Source of the DNA: Octopus vulgaris
Lineage: Eukaryota
Direction of reading: 5' to 3'
Assembly: GCA_951406725.2 (NCBI GenBank)
Contig: OX597817.1
Coordinates: forward strand, 122,636,001-122,700,000
DNA length: 64,000 nucleotides
The stretch's first letter is position 1; every line of letters begins with the position of its first letter. This document shows positions 51,541 to 64,000 of this stretch, one piece after another. The notes beneath the pieces were generated by a model that saw only the letters and a program-made list of their open reading frames with translations, was not told where the DNA came from and made no database searches. The translations under genes and the position numbers were made by a program.

Positions 51541-51545
<5 letters not shown>
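51209..51545. mobile_element. ~340-bp fold-back of two diverged PLE-like ends, each with a hammerhead-like fold
   Basis: Arms align as reverse complements over ~160 nt; perfect 18-bp inner stem 51352-69/51384-401; folds at 51422-51510 (+) and 51244-51332 (-). Confidence 0.75.
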
Positions 51546-51583
<38 letters not shown>

Positions 51584-51585
<2 letters not shown>

Positions 51586-52358
51586 GCTTTAGATACAAAT
51601 AATTACAGAGATATCAAATTGTAGGATCAGGTAATGAAGGTCATGGAGAGGGTCATAGCCCAACTGATTAGGGAGAGAGTCAGTTTAGATGAGATGCAGT
51701 TTGGGTTCGTGCCAGGGACAGCTGCAGGAGAAATACCTAGACAAAGATAAACCTCTGTACCTGGCTTTCATTGACATGGAGAAAGTTTTTGATAGGGTCC
51801 CCTGATCCCTTATCTGGTGGTCAATGAGGAAACTAGGGATAGATGAATGGTTAGTGAGAGCTATGCAAGACATGTACAGGGACGCAGTCAGTAAGGTGAG
51901 GGTTGGCAACGAGTACAGTGACGAATTCTGGGTAGAGGTAGGGGTCCACCAAGGTTCAGTCTTCAGCCCCCTCCTATTTATCATAGTCCTCCAGGCAATA
52001 ACAGAGGAATTCAAGACAGGATGCCACTGGGAGCTCCTCTATGCTGACGAACTTGCTCTAATTGCTGAGTCACTATCAGAACTAGAGGAGAAATTTCAAG
52101 TATGGAAACAAGGATTAAAATCGAAGAGCCTTAGAGTCAACCTAGCTAAAACCAAAGTCCTAATAAGTAGGAAGACAGGCAAACCACGAATCCCTTCAGG
52201 TAGTTGGCCCTGCTCGATTTGTAGAAAAGGCGTAGGTAGAAACTCTATAAGATGTACCCAGTGTAAGCTATAGACACATAAGAGGTGCAGCAATATCAAA
52301 GGAAGGCTAACTGGGAAGATAGTTTTTGTATGTGGCAGATGCTCAAGAGCAATAAACA
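51584..52358 (+). pseudogene. RTE LINE reverse transcriptase fragment with C4HC3 (PHD-type) finger
   Basis: NYRDIKL, QFGFVPG, AFIDMEKVFDRV, GVHQGSVFSPLLF, LLYADEL, VNLAKTK, then CSIC-x10-CTQC-x4-H-x2-C-x14-CGRC. Confidence 0.93.
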
Positions 52359-53359
52359 GATGAATTGAAGGCAAGGATTATGGCAATATTCACCAACTTA
52401 AACAATGAGAATGTCCAGAAAAGTTGCAGGAGATTCCAAAGTCGTCTGGAGGCCATGGTTGAAGCCAATGGCCATTTTCTTGAATAAATTTACTCTTTAG
52501 TATTTCAAGATATTTTTATGTAATTTTGTTAAATATATCTATTAAAATGAGATGTCAATGTTATTTTCACTTTTGCATAATTTAGACAACAATATATTCA
52601 CCGTAACCTGTATATTTAAATATGCATGCATGTATGTGTGTATGTATGTATGTATGTATGTATGTATGTATGTATGTATGTATGTATGTATGTATGTATG
52701 TATACACTCCTGACTGACCTTCTGTCTGTGGTCATCTGTGCTCTCATTTACTCCATCTGTGCAACTATTAACTTGCAACAGGCGATATAATTATAGCACT
52801 GCTACTGAAAAGTTCCTCACACGGGAACAATGAAAAAAAATATTCTGTGTTGATTTCTTTGAATAATATTGATTTTTGGTGCATATTTAAAAAAAATTTT
52901 TTCAATACATATAACAATGAATTCTCATACAAAAAAAAATATATATGAATGAAACTTGTTAGGTTATATCTTTGAATGTAAGGTATGAACATGTTTTTTT
53001 TCAAAATATGTCCTCAAAATTTTATTTTATGCAAGCAATATTTGAATCTAAAATTCTATATCTACTATGCTTAAGAATATAATAAAACTTTAGAATAAAA
53101 ACTATAATAAGAATTTGAATATTTTGGGAAAATTTCTATTTCAGCTTTTTTTTTCATCATTCTGTATGTATGTGCACTAACAGTGGATGGTAGGGCACAC
53201 ATGGTTCTCTTATTTATATCATGACCAATATTTTAGCTAGAAGGAACTAGTTATGATGAATGAATCAACCTCTAAATAATAAGAATATAATAAAATTTCT
53301 GTATTCTTATACAATTTTTATATAACCTTGCTGGCTAATAAAGAACTTTTATTTTTTGC

Positions 53360-53850
53360 AGAGTAGCAAGTGCTACAATAGGAGGGAAAAAATTTAGAAA
53401 GCATTGCCTCTGCTGACTACAAGGGAATTCTCTCAAGAGAAAGAGTACATTGCATGATGTTTAAGTATAAAATGTGATGTTATATGCAAGTAAAATGCTG
53501 GCAGTGAATGCTAAGGAGACATGAAGATTGGAAAGAAACAAAGCATGCGTATTCTGCAGGGTGTGTAATGTTACTGTGTATGAATAATGAGGCACAGACA
53601 AGTTGAGAGGAAAAATTGGGTTGAAGAGAAATCGATTACAGCATGGGGAAGAGAGATGGCTATGCTGGTATGATAGGGGTGCGAAGAAATAACATGAAAT
53701 TCATATGGGCAGAACCAGTGGAGGAAAAAAGATCAAAGAAGACGGACAGAGATGATGAAAGGTGAACCTCACAAAGGAATGCAGCAATGTTGGAGAGGAT
53801 CTGTCCAATCCCTGCAAGCATGGAAAAACGTGTAAAAATGATGATGATGT
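53360..53850 (+). mobile_element. Highly decayed RTE LINE 3' portion
   Basis: Remnants KF..LPLLTT, RLERNKA; ends atccctgcaagcatggaaaaacg..(gat)n. Confidence 0.65.
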
Positions 53851-54519
53851 TGATGCTGCCAATGTTTTGCATATGGTTCGAGCTAATCACATGACCATGG
53901 GACTACAACAAATTATAAATGCTGCAATTTGTATAGGAGCATTGTGTTATGTTCTAGATTTAAAAAAAAAAAAGGTACTGGAATTGATTTGTGCAACTAA
54001 ACCCTTCAAGTAATGCTCAAGCATGGCTGCAATCCTATGATCAAAACGAACAAAAGATGAAAGGTGTGCCAAATCTACCTTTGTTCTCAATATTTTAAAC
54101 TTCAAAGTTTTTATTCTCCTCTCTTCTTTATTGTTTGTTTTTCAACTTGTTTACAGTTTCATTATATATTCTTTCTTTTAAGAATTCTATTTCTGTATTT
54201 GGTATTGTTTTGTTTTGAGAATATGTATTCTTAGATAAGGTACTTTTGGGGCACTGAAGATTTTCTCAACCAGAGTTACTTATTTTCTGTATTCTTTAAT
54301 TTTCTTGGTACAGTCATATAGCATGCCTCTTGGTACAGTTAAATAGCATGCCTCATATATAAATAACCTTTTCTCCTTTATTTGCAGGAATTGATGAGTA
54401 AAATCCAATTCTTCATTTAGAATGTTGTCATTTTAATTCTTATGTTGTTAACCAGAATTCGTGGCTATAGGGAAGGATAGGCACAAAAAAAAAAACCAAA
54501 GTAAAGAAAATAAGCTTGG

Positions 54520-55040
54520 TTTCTCTACCAATTTTACCATCTTCTGAAGATCAAATGCTGGTGCATTACTATACAGTAAATGCAAATCTAGTGCCCAGTT
54601 TGGCCTCCTGCATCTCATCAATAATGAATATGGTCCTGAGATACTTAAACTCCTCCATTTGGCTCAGTGATGTTCCATTAACATGAAGAGTGCACCAGAA
54701 GACTCTTGAGAAGAACAATGTCTCACTCTTTGCAACACTTATTGTGATCTTTCCCTTACAGCACTCAAGAGTAAACTCATTTGGAGATTATCTTCTGATG
54801 AACCAAGTAGCTCCCATGTCATCTGCAAATATTAGCTAATCAGTCTGTAAGGTGCAGACTGTAAGTGAGCTAGCTGGATATTGTATCCACAGTCTCAGTT
54901 GATCATAGTTGAGAATTCAGTAGAGAAGTACAATGACAGTTGCTTCTGATAGGACCTTATGAAGGAGCTGCCAGAAGAATCTAAACCCATGAGCCTTCCA
55001 AGAATAGTGGATTGCAACAATGGATGGATCAGTTTAACTA
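54520..55040 (-). pseudogene. Highly decayed non-LTR RT fragment (RTE-like)
   Basis: LIFADDM and EEFKYL motifs at plausible spacing. Confidence 0.6.
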
Positions 55041-55923
55041 GGTACTAACATTTTTGTTTCTTGTGATAAATACATGCTTCATTTTTCATACATTTTCATA
55101 CTTTGCTCACATAAAAACATCTTAAAACATTCATTCATAAAAACATTCATTCGTAGCATCTGCAATTCTTTTGCAACAAACAAGGGGGACTGAATCTGCC
55201 TGGTTGTGATTTTTAACTGTACTTCATTAGTGTACTTGTTGGCATGGTTTATTCCCAGGTGAGCTCTGATCAAATAAATCTATGATTAAAAGCATTTCAA
55301 CTGTCATTTTGTTGTTCTTTTTTCTTATCTATGTGAGGGCAGCCAGTATCATATTACTCAATATATTCTTTTCTAAGTAGGTAGAGTGTGATTTGAAGAC
55401 CATTTGGCTGATATTTCTGGCGAGTCTAGCAGCTAAGAAGATACTTTTTAAATGGCTTATTCAGAGTATTTACATGTGCTGGCTAATTGGTCATTAGGCT
55501 TAGTGTGAGTGCTTGCAATAAACTACTTATATAATACAAACACTAACATTTCACTAACGACTTAGTATTGCATATAGACAACAACAACAACAACAATAAC
55601 AACAACAGCAAAAACAACAACAGCAGCCGTTCAAGAATTTGGACCTGGAGATCTCCATTTCCAGTGACTTCAAGGGCCACCTCCCAGTGGTGTTGGGCAT
55701 CAACGAAGAGCCCTCGACTACAACAAGACGATCAAAGTTTTCTTCTTTTTTTCCAAGGTCTGGGGTCTCCTACCCCTAAGCCCTAGACCATCACCTAATC
55801 ACCCTTACCCATCTTGTTGCTTAACAACAACAACAACAGCAGCAGCAACAGAAACAGCAACAACAACAGCTGCAACAATAATAATAACAGTTTTAGCAGC
55901 AATGATGTGCCAGACAGTAACAT

Positions 55924-55956
<33 letters not shown>

Positions 55957-56376
55957 AAAACCAATGCCATCACACACATCCTCAGCAAGAAACAAGAAAT
56001 CGTTGCCAATGCCAACATCCCAATAGAAACAAATGGTAGTAGCAACAATGAAGCCACTATAGCCACACTAGTAATAAGCAACAACAACAAATGTAACAGC
56101 AGGAGTATAATTTCCTTTATACAAGCTTATTACCCAGTTTGAATATGCTTGGAGGTGTATTCAAATCCATATGAAAGCCATTCATTGTGCTTTGTGAATG
56201 GAGAAAATTTGTCACTGGAGACAAATACGTGTAAATACAACTAAAAGCAATTTACAGCACCACCTATCCAGACTGTGAGATGGAAGCATTTTGGAGTAGT
56301 TATCTCCTCTTCAGTCAGAGAAACCGGACAGGGTGCACTGTGAACTGATAAGAAAGATTGTGTTTTTTGTTTCTGA

Positions 56377-56791
56377 AGGCAGTGAGCTGGCAGAAACATT
56401 AGCATGCCGGGTGAAATGCGTAGCCATATTTTATCTGCAGTTACGTTCTGAGTTCAAATTCTGCCAAGGTCGACTTTGCCTTTCATCCTTTCGTGGTCGA
56501 TTAAATAAGTACCAGTTATGCACTGGGATCGATATAATCGACTCAATCCGTTTGTCTGTCCTTGTTTGTCCTCTCTGTGTTTAGCCCCTTGTGGGTAGTA
56601 AAGAAATAGGTATTTCATCTGCCATTATGTTCTGAGTTCAAATTCCACCGAGGTCAACTTTGCCTTTCATCCTTTCGGGGTCGATAAATTAAGTACGAGT
56701 TACACACAAGGGTCGATGTAATCGACTTAATCCCTCTGTCTGTCCTTGTTTATCCCCTCTATGTTTAGCCCCTTGTGGGCAATAAAGAAAT
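56377..56791 (+). mobile_element. SINE family B head-to-tail dimer
   Basis: Second unit begins at ggtatttcatctgcc directly after the tail aaagaaata. Confidence 0.88.
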
Positions 56792-56871
56792 AAAAGAGAT
56801 TGTTTCTGTTATGATATTCTCATCATTGTACAATAACTGGTAGCACTAATCAGTTGCTCACTCACCATAAA

Positions 56872-57272
56872 CAAATTACAGGGTAGCAATGCTAAGCAGT
56901 GACATGTATAAATACAACATTATTACCAATACTAATATACTTGAGGCATATTCAAACATGTAAGAAAGCCACTCACTGCTTTATCATGGAGAAAGTTTCT
57001 GTCTGTAGACGAATGATGTAAATGCATCTAAAATCAGCTCACAGCACCACCTACCCTCTCCAAAATACTTGTGCCTCACAGTCTGTGTAGATGGCAATGT
57101 AAGCTGATTTTAGGGGTATCTACCCTATTTGTCTACAGCAAGAAATTTTCTCCATGGCAAATCACAGTGAATGGCTTTATTATGGGTTTGAATATTTCTC
57201 AAGCATATATAAACTGATAATAATTTTAAATTTATACACACCACTGCTTATCACTGCCACCCATAACTTTTT
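56872..57272. mobile_element. Old palindromic MITE with ~180-bp TIRs; partial copy at ~56110-56300
   Basis: Arms share taagcagtg..tgtataaat..tattcaaac..aaagcca.tcactg..catggagaaa..tgtagac..ctaaaatcagct in inverted orientation. Confidence 0.75.
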
Positions 57273-57339
57273 ATTTAGTCCCATTGGATAAAAACTATTA
57301 ATACCAGGAACAAGCAGAGAAACACAAAAGCAAACTCAG

Positions 57340-59117
57340 GAGGAGGGTTACGGTCTTGATACTCCTGCAACTTTTAAAGCAAAGAAAGATATCGAGCAGT
57401 GATATAGGCTTTATATCATTTCAGAGGTATAGACTAGAGTAAATCTCCCGAGAGAAAACTGAACAGTGCTTGAGAAACAATTGGGAAGACATAGATTTTA
57501 TCACTTCTGCCAGCCAGTATAGCTATATACAAAGGAATTTTTATGCAAACATCCTGGCTTTGAAACTCTCTACTGTCTTGCACTAATACCAATTTAGCAG
57601 GGATGAAAAGGGATCAGGGGAAAACTGTGAACATGCTACCCGAACTAGAATTCTGGTGGTCAGTGAAGTGTATTGTATTAGATGACCCTAGCAGGATACT
57701 AGGACTGAGATTCCAGAAGGAAATAGGAGTTGGGATGGAGCTGATAATCCTGATTCAGGTGAAAGGTGAGACACTTTAAAGGATCCTTGAGCAAATAGAA
57801 ATTCAAGAAGGGCTGCATCTGCAGGTGATAGTGGAGAGTGAAAGGCTTAGATGCCACTACTATGGCAACAACAATCACCCCGAGATCTTCAGTCGACCCC
57901 ATCCCATCTCTCATAAACAACAACAGGAAATGACAGCTGAAAGAAGGCCTCCACTACTACCAACATTACAACTTCAACATTGCCAACAACAGAAGCATTT
58001 AAAATGGCAAAAGCAATAACAACACAAACAAAAAAAAACACAACTCCTGCAATAGTGCCTGCAGAACCAGCAACAAGAATAAAAACAGAACCTTCGACAA
58101 CAGCAACAGCAACATTCCAACATTGGAAGCAACAGCAGCAAACACAATAAAAGAAGCACAGTCCTCAAATGTTACTTCACCAACAACAAGAACAGGAAAC
58201 CAGAAACAACAGAACAAAGCAACTGTTCCCACAAGACATGCCTCTCCCTGCTTTGAACCACTCAGACATGTCATGTGGTGACTGAAATGAGGATGCCTCT
58301 AAATGGCAAAAGGTTCATTAGAGAAAGAAATGAAAAGGTAAAAAACACAAAAATTACGTCAACAAAACATCCTGGATTGTTCAAGTGAATGGGAGAGATG
58401 CATTTAAATGATGTTACTCTAACACCACAACAACAATAAACACAAGCTCAACTAAACTGCGCTCAAACAAATAACAAGAACAATATTCATGGACCATATG
58501 GCCATAGACTCAAACAACAAAGAATTAATTAATTATTTATTTCAACATACAAACATTACACAAAATGATGTCATCACTCTAACAAGCAACACAACACATA
58601 ACAATCCTGAAAAACCCTTCGTAACTGAAAAGAAGCTAAAAGCAAAATCGAAGATTTCTATGAGATCAGAAACAAATGGATTTACAAACATTTATTAGTC
58701 AAAATGCCCACATCTAACCACTTGGATGAATATTCTGCCATTCCATGAGGATATATTAAGTGGTCTCACTCTCACTTCCCCTCTTTTGACTAAAACAGGG
58801 CCTTACTCAGAACAGGCAGTGTTAATATACATAGCCTGGGTCACTTTGGAAGCAATGTCACCTGTTCAATGATCTCAGGTCACTAGACATTGACATGGTT
58901 GCCATCGGTGAGGCTGAAATTTCTGAGGTACGAGCCCATGCACCCATCTACAATGGCTACAAAGTATACATATCCCCAAATCAACTGGCATTGGGAGATG
59001 TAGTCACTGTGATTTTTTGTAAAACTCTGGATTGATATTACGGATTATTTTCCTAGACCAAGAGAGTAAATTGGTGGTACTGGACATGACCAGCAACAAA
59101 GGCCATACCTTCCAATA
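57340..59117 (+). mobile_element. Decayed Tx1/L1-group LINE 5' half (ORF1 plus start of APE endonuclease)
   Basis: ORF1 LQVIVESERLRCHYYGNNNH (decayed zinc knuckle); ORF2 LRTGSVNIHSL, HLFNDLRSLDIDMVAIGE, DQESKLVVLDM. Confidence 0.7.
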
Positions 59118-59118
59118 A

Positions 59119-59342
59119 GCATCTAAGCCTTTCACTCTCCACTATCACCTGCAGATGCAGCCCTTCTGGAATTTCTATTTGCTCAGGGATCCTTTAAAGT
59201 GTCTCACCTTTCACCTGAATCAGGATTATCAACTCCATCCCAACTCCTATTTCCTTCTGGAATCTCAGTCCTAGTATCCTGCTAGGGTCATCTAATACAC
59301 TTCACTGACCACCAGAATTCTAGTTCGGGTAGCATGTTCACA
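59119..59342. repeat. 224-bp inverted duplication of 57626-57854
   Basis: 3 substitutions and one 5-nt indel seen. Confidence 0.93.
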
Positions 59343-59912
59343 TCCAACTTCAATAAAAGGTGATGGCCTGGCCGCTTTCTAGTTTCAAGGGGAATTGCAA
59401 CATCATATAAATCTGCTGGGCTAAAGCTATGCAGAAAAATGTAATGTAACGTTAGTTTTACAACTTACTTGGTAAGAATCTTCAATTGCAGTATTGGTCT
59501 TAAGGTTTAAAATATTTTCAACATAGGAAATTTTCCTAAAAGCAGACTTTGTGAGCATTTTTGTTTTGAATGTGAGTGAAATTTAACCAGGGTTTAGGTT
59601 TTTCCCTACCTTTGATATGAAGCCTCTTGCATAGGTTTAACTACCAAGCAATTCCTTTTTAGCTCGGTTAATAACTTCCAGGTAGCCAATGTGAAAATTA
59701 ACAACATCAGTCAATTGTTCAATCAATCAATCAATCAATCAATTTCAGCTGTTTGTAGGTGAGTGGCATGTGCAAAGGTTTGGAAGGACTCCACATTGCC
59801 CTACCTTGTTCTTCTGACTAAACAATAAAAGAAAAACAACAACAGTGAAGCAACAAAAATAAAGCAAAAACATTAGAATTTATATTTTCATCTTCCCTTT
59901 TTCCTCTTTTAG

Positions 59913-59948
59913 ATTCCTAAGGAACTGCTAACCCACGAATGGATACAA
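59913..59948 (+). other. Candidate host exon
   Basis: Strong acceptor tcttccctttttcctcttttAG; 36 nt reading IPKELLTHEWIQ in phase 0; donor CAA|gtaatt. Confidence 0.3.
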
Positions 59949-60419
59949 GTAATTACAGAAAATTCAAGTATGAAAATACAAACACCTGATATTCCAATTC
60001 TATTTAATTCTCTCGAGCTTTAAAAACATATTTAAATTAAGGAAAGGAAAAAAAAAAGACTTATAAATTTCTTAAGCTGTTTTCTTCCACTTCCTTTACA
60101 TTCTCTTCAATCTTCATTTTTCATAATTTTTATTTTATTTTATTTTTATTTTCTTCTCCTCACACTTCTTCCCCTGATACTCCTCCTTCTACTCCCATTT
60201 CATTTAAATATATTTTCATGAAAATGTTTACTTTTTAAAATTTATATTGGGAAACCTTTTTTTACTAGTGTGTTTTCATTATGTGTTTTTGTTTTACATG
60301 CTTTATTTATTGCTATATTTATTTATTTATTTCTTAATTCCCCTTAAAATCTCATTCAGAACATGTTTTCATTCCTACTTCAGACATTTTAAAAATCCTT
60401 GCTTCTTTGTATCTGTGTG

Positions 60420-60437
60420 TGTATGCATACACTCACA

Positions 60438-60486
<49 letters not shown>

Positions 60487-60730
60487 ACACATACACACAC
60501 ACATGTATATATATATACATACATATATATGTTAGTGTGTGTGTGTGTTTGTGCGTGTGTATATATTTATAACAGTTTTATATGATTTAAAAATCATGTA
60601 TTTGTCGGCCTGTGTGTTAGTTGCTCTGTCGTTTTTTTCTGTCTGCACGTGTATATACATATGTATACATAAATATACACTTGTATGTGTATATATATCA
60701 ATATATCAATATATATATTTATATAAATAA

Positions 60731-60783
<53 letters not shown>

Positions 60784-60836
60784 ATGCACGCACATATGTG
60801 TATATGTTTATATATATATATGTATGTATCTATGTA

Positions 60837-60875
<39 letters not shown>

Positions 60876-60946
60876 ATATATATATATATATGTATGCGTG
60901 TATATATGTATATATATGTATATATATATATATATATATGCATGTA

Positions 60947-60991
<45 letters not shown>

Positions 60992-61075
60992 ATATATATA
61001 TATATATATACACACACGCACATACATACACACACATGCATAGATCAGATAAATAGATAGATAGATAGATAGATA
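60420..61075. repeat. Compound (CA)n/(TA)n/(TAGA)n microsatellites
   Basis: Direct reading. Confidence 0.9.
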
Positions 61076-61593
61076 TGTAATGTCATTTTGTTTTACTATT
61101 TATTCTCTTATATTCTCTCTTCTCTTTACTTTTTACTTTCTGGCTCTCTGCTTCCTTCTTTCTCTCTCCTCCCCATATACCTTTCTTTATTTCCATCCTT
61201 CAGTCTTTTTTTAATATTCTCTAACTAGTTTTAAATCATTTGTCATTTCTCATGAAACAACTCTTTTTCTCATTTTCCTGTTTTCTTTCCATTACTGTAT
61301 CTTTTTTCGTTTTTTTTTATCTTCTCTAATCGATTTTTAAACACTCCTCATTCTTCAAGGAAGAAAAAAAATCTTTGTTGCAAATCTTATCCATTCTCTT
61401 TCTCTCTCTCTTCCTCTCTCTCTCTCTCTTTCCCTCTCTCTCCACCTCTTTCTCTCTCTCTCCCCTCTCTCTCACACACATACTTTTATACATACATGCT
61501 TCTATCCTGTGAATCCTATTTCTTATTTCTTTATGGAATTTTACTCCCTCTCTCTGATTTATTGATGTATATATGCTTACATACATACCTACA

Positions 61594-61624
<31 letters not shown>

Positions 61625-61707
61625 CGCACATACATACATACATACATACATACATACATACATACATACATACATACATACATACATACATACATACATA
61701 CATACTA

Positions 61708-62829
61708 CGAGGTGGTATAAACAAGTTCCTGGATTAGATACGTTTAATGAAAAATAACTTATTTACCTAGGTTTTGACATTGTCTCCTTCGAAATAGTCA
61801 CCTTGTAGAACAATACACCAGTCCCAGTGTTCCTTATTTCTTCACTGCCCACAAGGGGCTACTCACAGAAGGGACAAACAAGGACAGACAAACGGATTAA
61901 GTCAATTATATGGACCCCAGTGCATAACTGGTACTTATTTAATCGACCCCGAAGGGATAAAAGGCAAAGTCGACCTCAGCAGAATTTGAACTCAGAACGT
62001 AGCGACATGCGAACTACCGCTAGGCATTCCGGCCAGCGTGCTTATGTTTCTGCCTGCTCGTCAGTTGAAATCTGGCCTGGAATTAATTTTCTGTAAGCGA
62101 GTCAAGGATCTTCTGTGATTCCTTCCTGATCTTGACAATGGTGGTAAAACTGTGATCTTTGAGTTACATTTTCATTTTGGGGATGAAGTGAATATTGGCA
62201 AGTACTAAATCCGGCAAATAGGATGGGTGTGGAAGCAATACCATGCTTTTTTTGCTGAGAAACTCATAAGTGAGGAGTGCTCAGTGATGGTGCATTGTCA
62301 TCGTGAAGAATCCATTTCTTCATACTCCACAAATCAAGTTGCTTTCATCAAATGTCTTCCCTCAAACACTTCAAAATATTGTGGTAGAACTCTTGATTGA
62401 TGGTCTGTCCCTAGGAGATGAATTCTCGATGCACAATATTGCAGTTGTTGAAATAAATGGTGTGCACACTCTTGATGCACTTGTGGCACTGTTGTGCACC
62501 CATGCTGCTCAATATATTGTGTGCAACCCATCACCACATCACTGTAAGTCTGTTGAAGCATACTCAATGCTTCTGTTGCAGACTTCCCAAGTTTAACACA
62601 AAATTTCACATTGGTTCTTTGTTCCAGCTTTCTGCCTGTAACAAAATCACAAACTACAGCATACACTTGATGGCAAAAACACAAATTTCCCAACTTGCAA
62701 AGTAAACACAGCAATGTAACTTGATACACTGCTTCATGAAGGTCACTGCTAGCTCTCACTGCTCATGCAACTGTGTGCTGCCATCTGTTGGCATGCTAAA
62801 ACAGTCTGGGACTTTTTTATACCACAGCA
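61708..62829 (-). mobile_element. mariner transposon remnant (second family) with SINE insertion
   Basis: TA-flanked TIRs cgaggtggtataaacaagttcc / gggacttttttataccacagca; LEQRTNVKFCVKLGKSATEALSMLQQTY N-terminal HTH. Confidence 0.88.
61833..62062 (-). mobile_element. SINE family B nested in mariner
   Basis: Family B body and tail. Confidence 0.85.
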
Positions 62830-63005
62830 TAGATACATACATTCATACATATAGTCATAAATGCATGCATACATATATATGTATGTACATACATGCATGC
62901 ATAAATACATATATACATTCATACATACATGTATTCATGCACACATACAAACATACATACATTCATACATACATACACACATATACATGTACATACATAC
63001 ATACA

Positions 63006-63039
<34 letters not shown>

Positions 63040-63664
63040 CATACATACTCCTAAACTCCGTTTCTTCAATTCTTGTTTCCACATTTAGATTTCTTTCGCT
63101 CTTCCTCCTCTTTCTCTTTCTCTTCTTCAGACACTCTCATACTCTCACATAGATATCCATAAGCCTGCATTCTTATCGTGGATTCACCATTGATCTTGCC
63201 AATGTGCATTCAATTCTTCAGCCAGCATAGCTCTCGAGCATAATCACTGTGACTCTATAAGAGCCAAAGCCATACCTTTTAATTGCAATTAAATAACATA
63301 CTTGCATGCGTGTGCATGTGTGTGTATGTATATATGTATGCATGTGTGTATGTGTGTGTATGTATAATCATCATTGCTGTCATCGTCATCGTTGTCATTG
63401 TTATCATTGTCGTCATCATCATCATCATCATCGTCATCATTTCGATGTGCACTTTTCCATGCTCACATGGTTCAAACAGAGTTTGTGTTGAAGTGGATTT
63501 TTTTATGGCTGGATGCTCTTGCTGTCATCGATCCTCCTCCGTTTCCAAGTAAGGTAATATTTCCCCATGACTAGATATGTTTTCACAGGAATTCATAAAT
63601 GAAGGCACTGCTTGAATGAGAAGTAATACTAATTTTACAACTATCTCATCAGTTCTATGTAAAG

Positions 63665-63985
63665 GTATGTGGCTTAGTTGTTAGGGTATTCAGCACACAA
63701 TTACAAGATCATGAGTTCAATTCCTGGTGATGCATTGCATCCTTGAACAAGACACTTTATTTCACATTGTTCCAGTTCAATCAACTGGCAAATAAGAGTA
63801 GTATCTGTATTTCAAAGGGCAAGCCTCGTCACACTGTGTCAATCTCAATCTTCCTGAGAACTACATTAAGGGTATATGTGTCTGTGGAGTGCTCAGCCAC
63901 ATGCCTGTTAATTATATGAGCTGGCTGTTCTATTGATTGAATCAAATAGAACCTTTGTTATCGTTACCAAACAGTGCCAGAGTAT
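63665..63985 (+). mobile_element. SINE family D variant
   Basis: tggcttagttgttaggg A box, gagttcaattcc B box; homologous to 23050-23376. Confidence 0.8.
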
Positions 63986-64000
63986 ATCTCATCAGTAATT

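Noticed and set aside
54368-54420. Acceptor-like ttttctcctttatttgcag
   Set aside because: Stops follow within 11 codons in all frames and there is no supporting context.

Overview
Eukaryotic, AT-rich, repeat-saturated genomic DNA, most likely octopus (coleoid cephalopod) intergenic or large-intron sequence. The taxon call rests on recalling the SINE/LINE families and microsatellite load, not on a database search. No complete host gene is evident, and nearly all ORFs in the track are microsatellite translations. The window holds four tRNA-derived SINE families and many 3' ends plus RT fragments of RTE LINEs, one with a PHD-type zinc finger next to the RT core. It also has three R4/Dong-type LINE ends stacked in (TAA)n, a CR1/L2-type end sharing its tail with the main SINE, and a decayed Tx1/L1 5' half. 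DNA elements include a full-length decayed IR/DR Tc1, several mariners, piggyBac-type MITEs, a non-autonomous Helitron and a possible solo LTR. The strongest signal is Penelope-like (PLE) material. At 1-1562 an intact GIY-YIG ORF with no RT is followed by a canonical type I hammerhead ribozyme and bracketed by a perfect inverted repeat that runs off the window. At 51209-51545 a ~340-bp fold-back carries two outward-facing hammerheads with a variant CCGAGGA core. Further decayed hammerhead or fold-back units abut (TA)n tracts. Local templated and inverted duplications recur, and there are weak candidates for a promoter, a small ORF and an exon.
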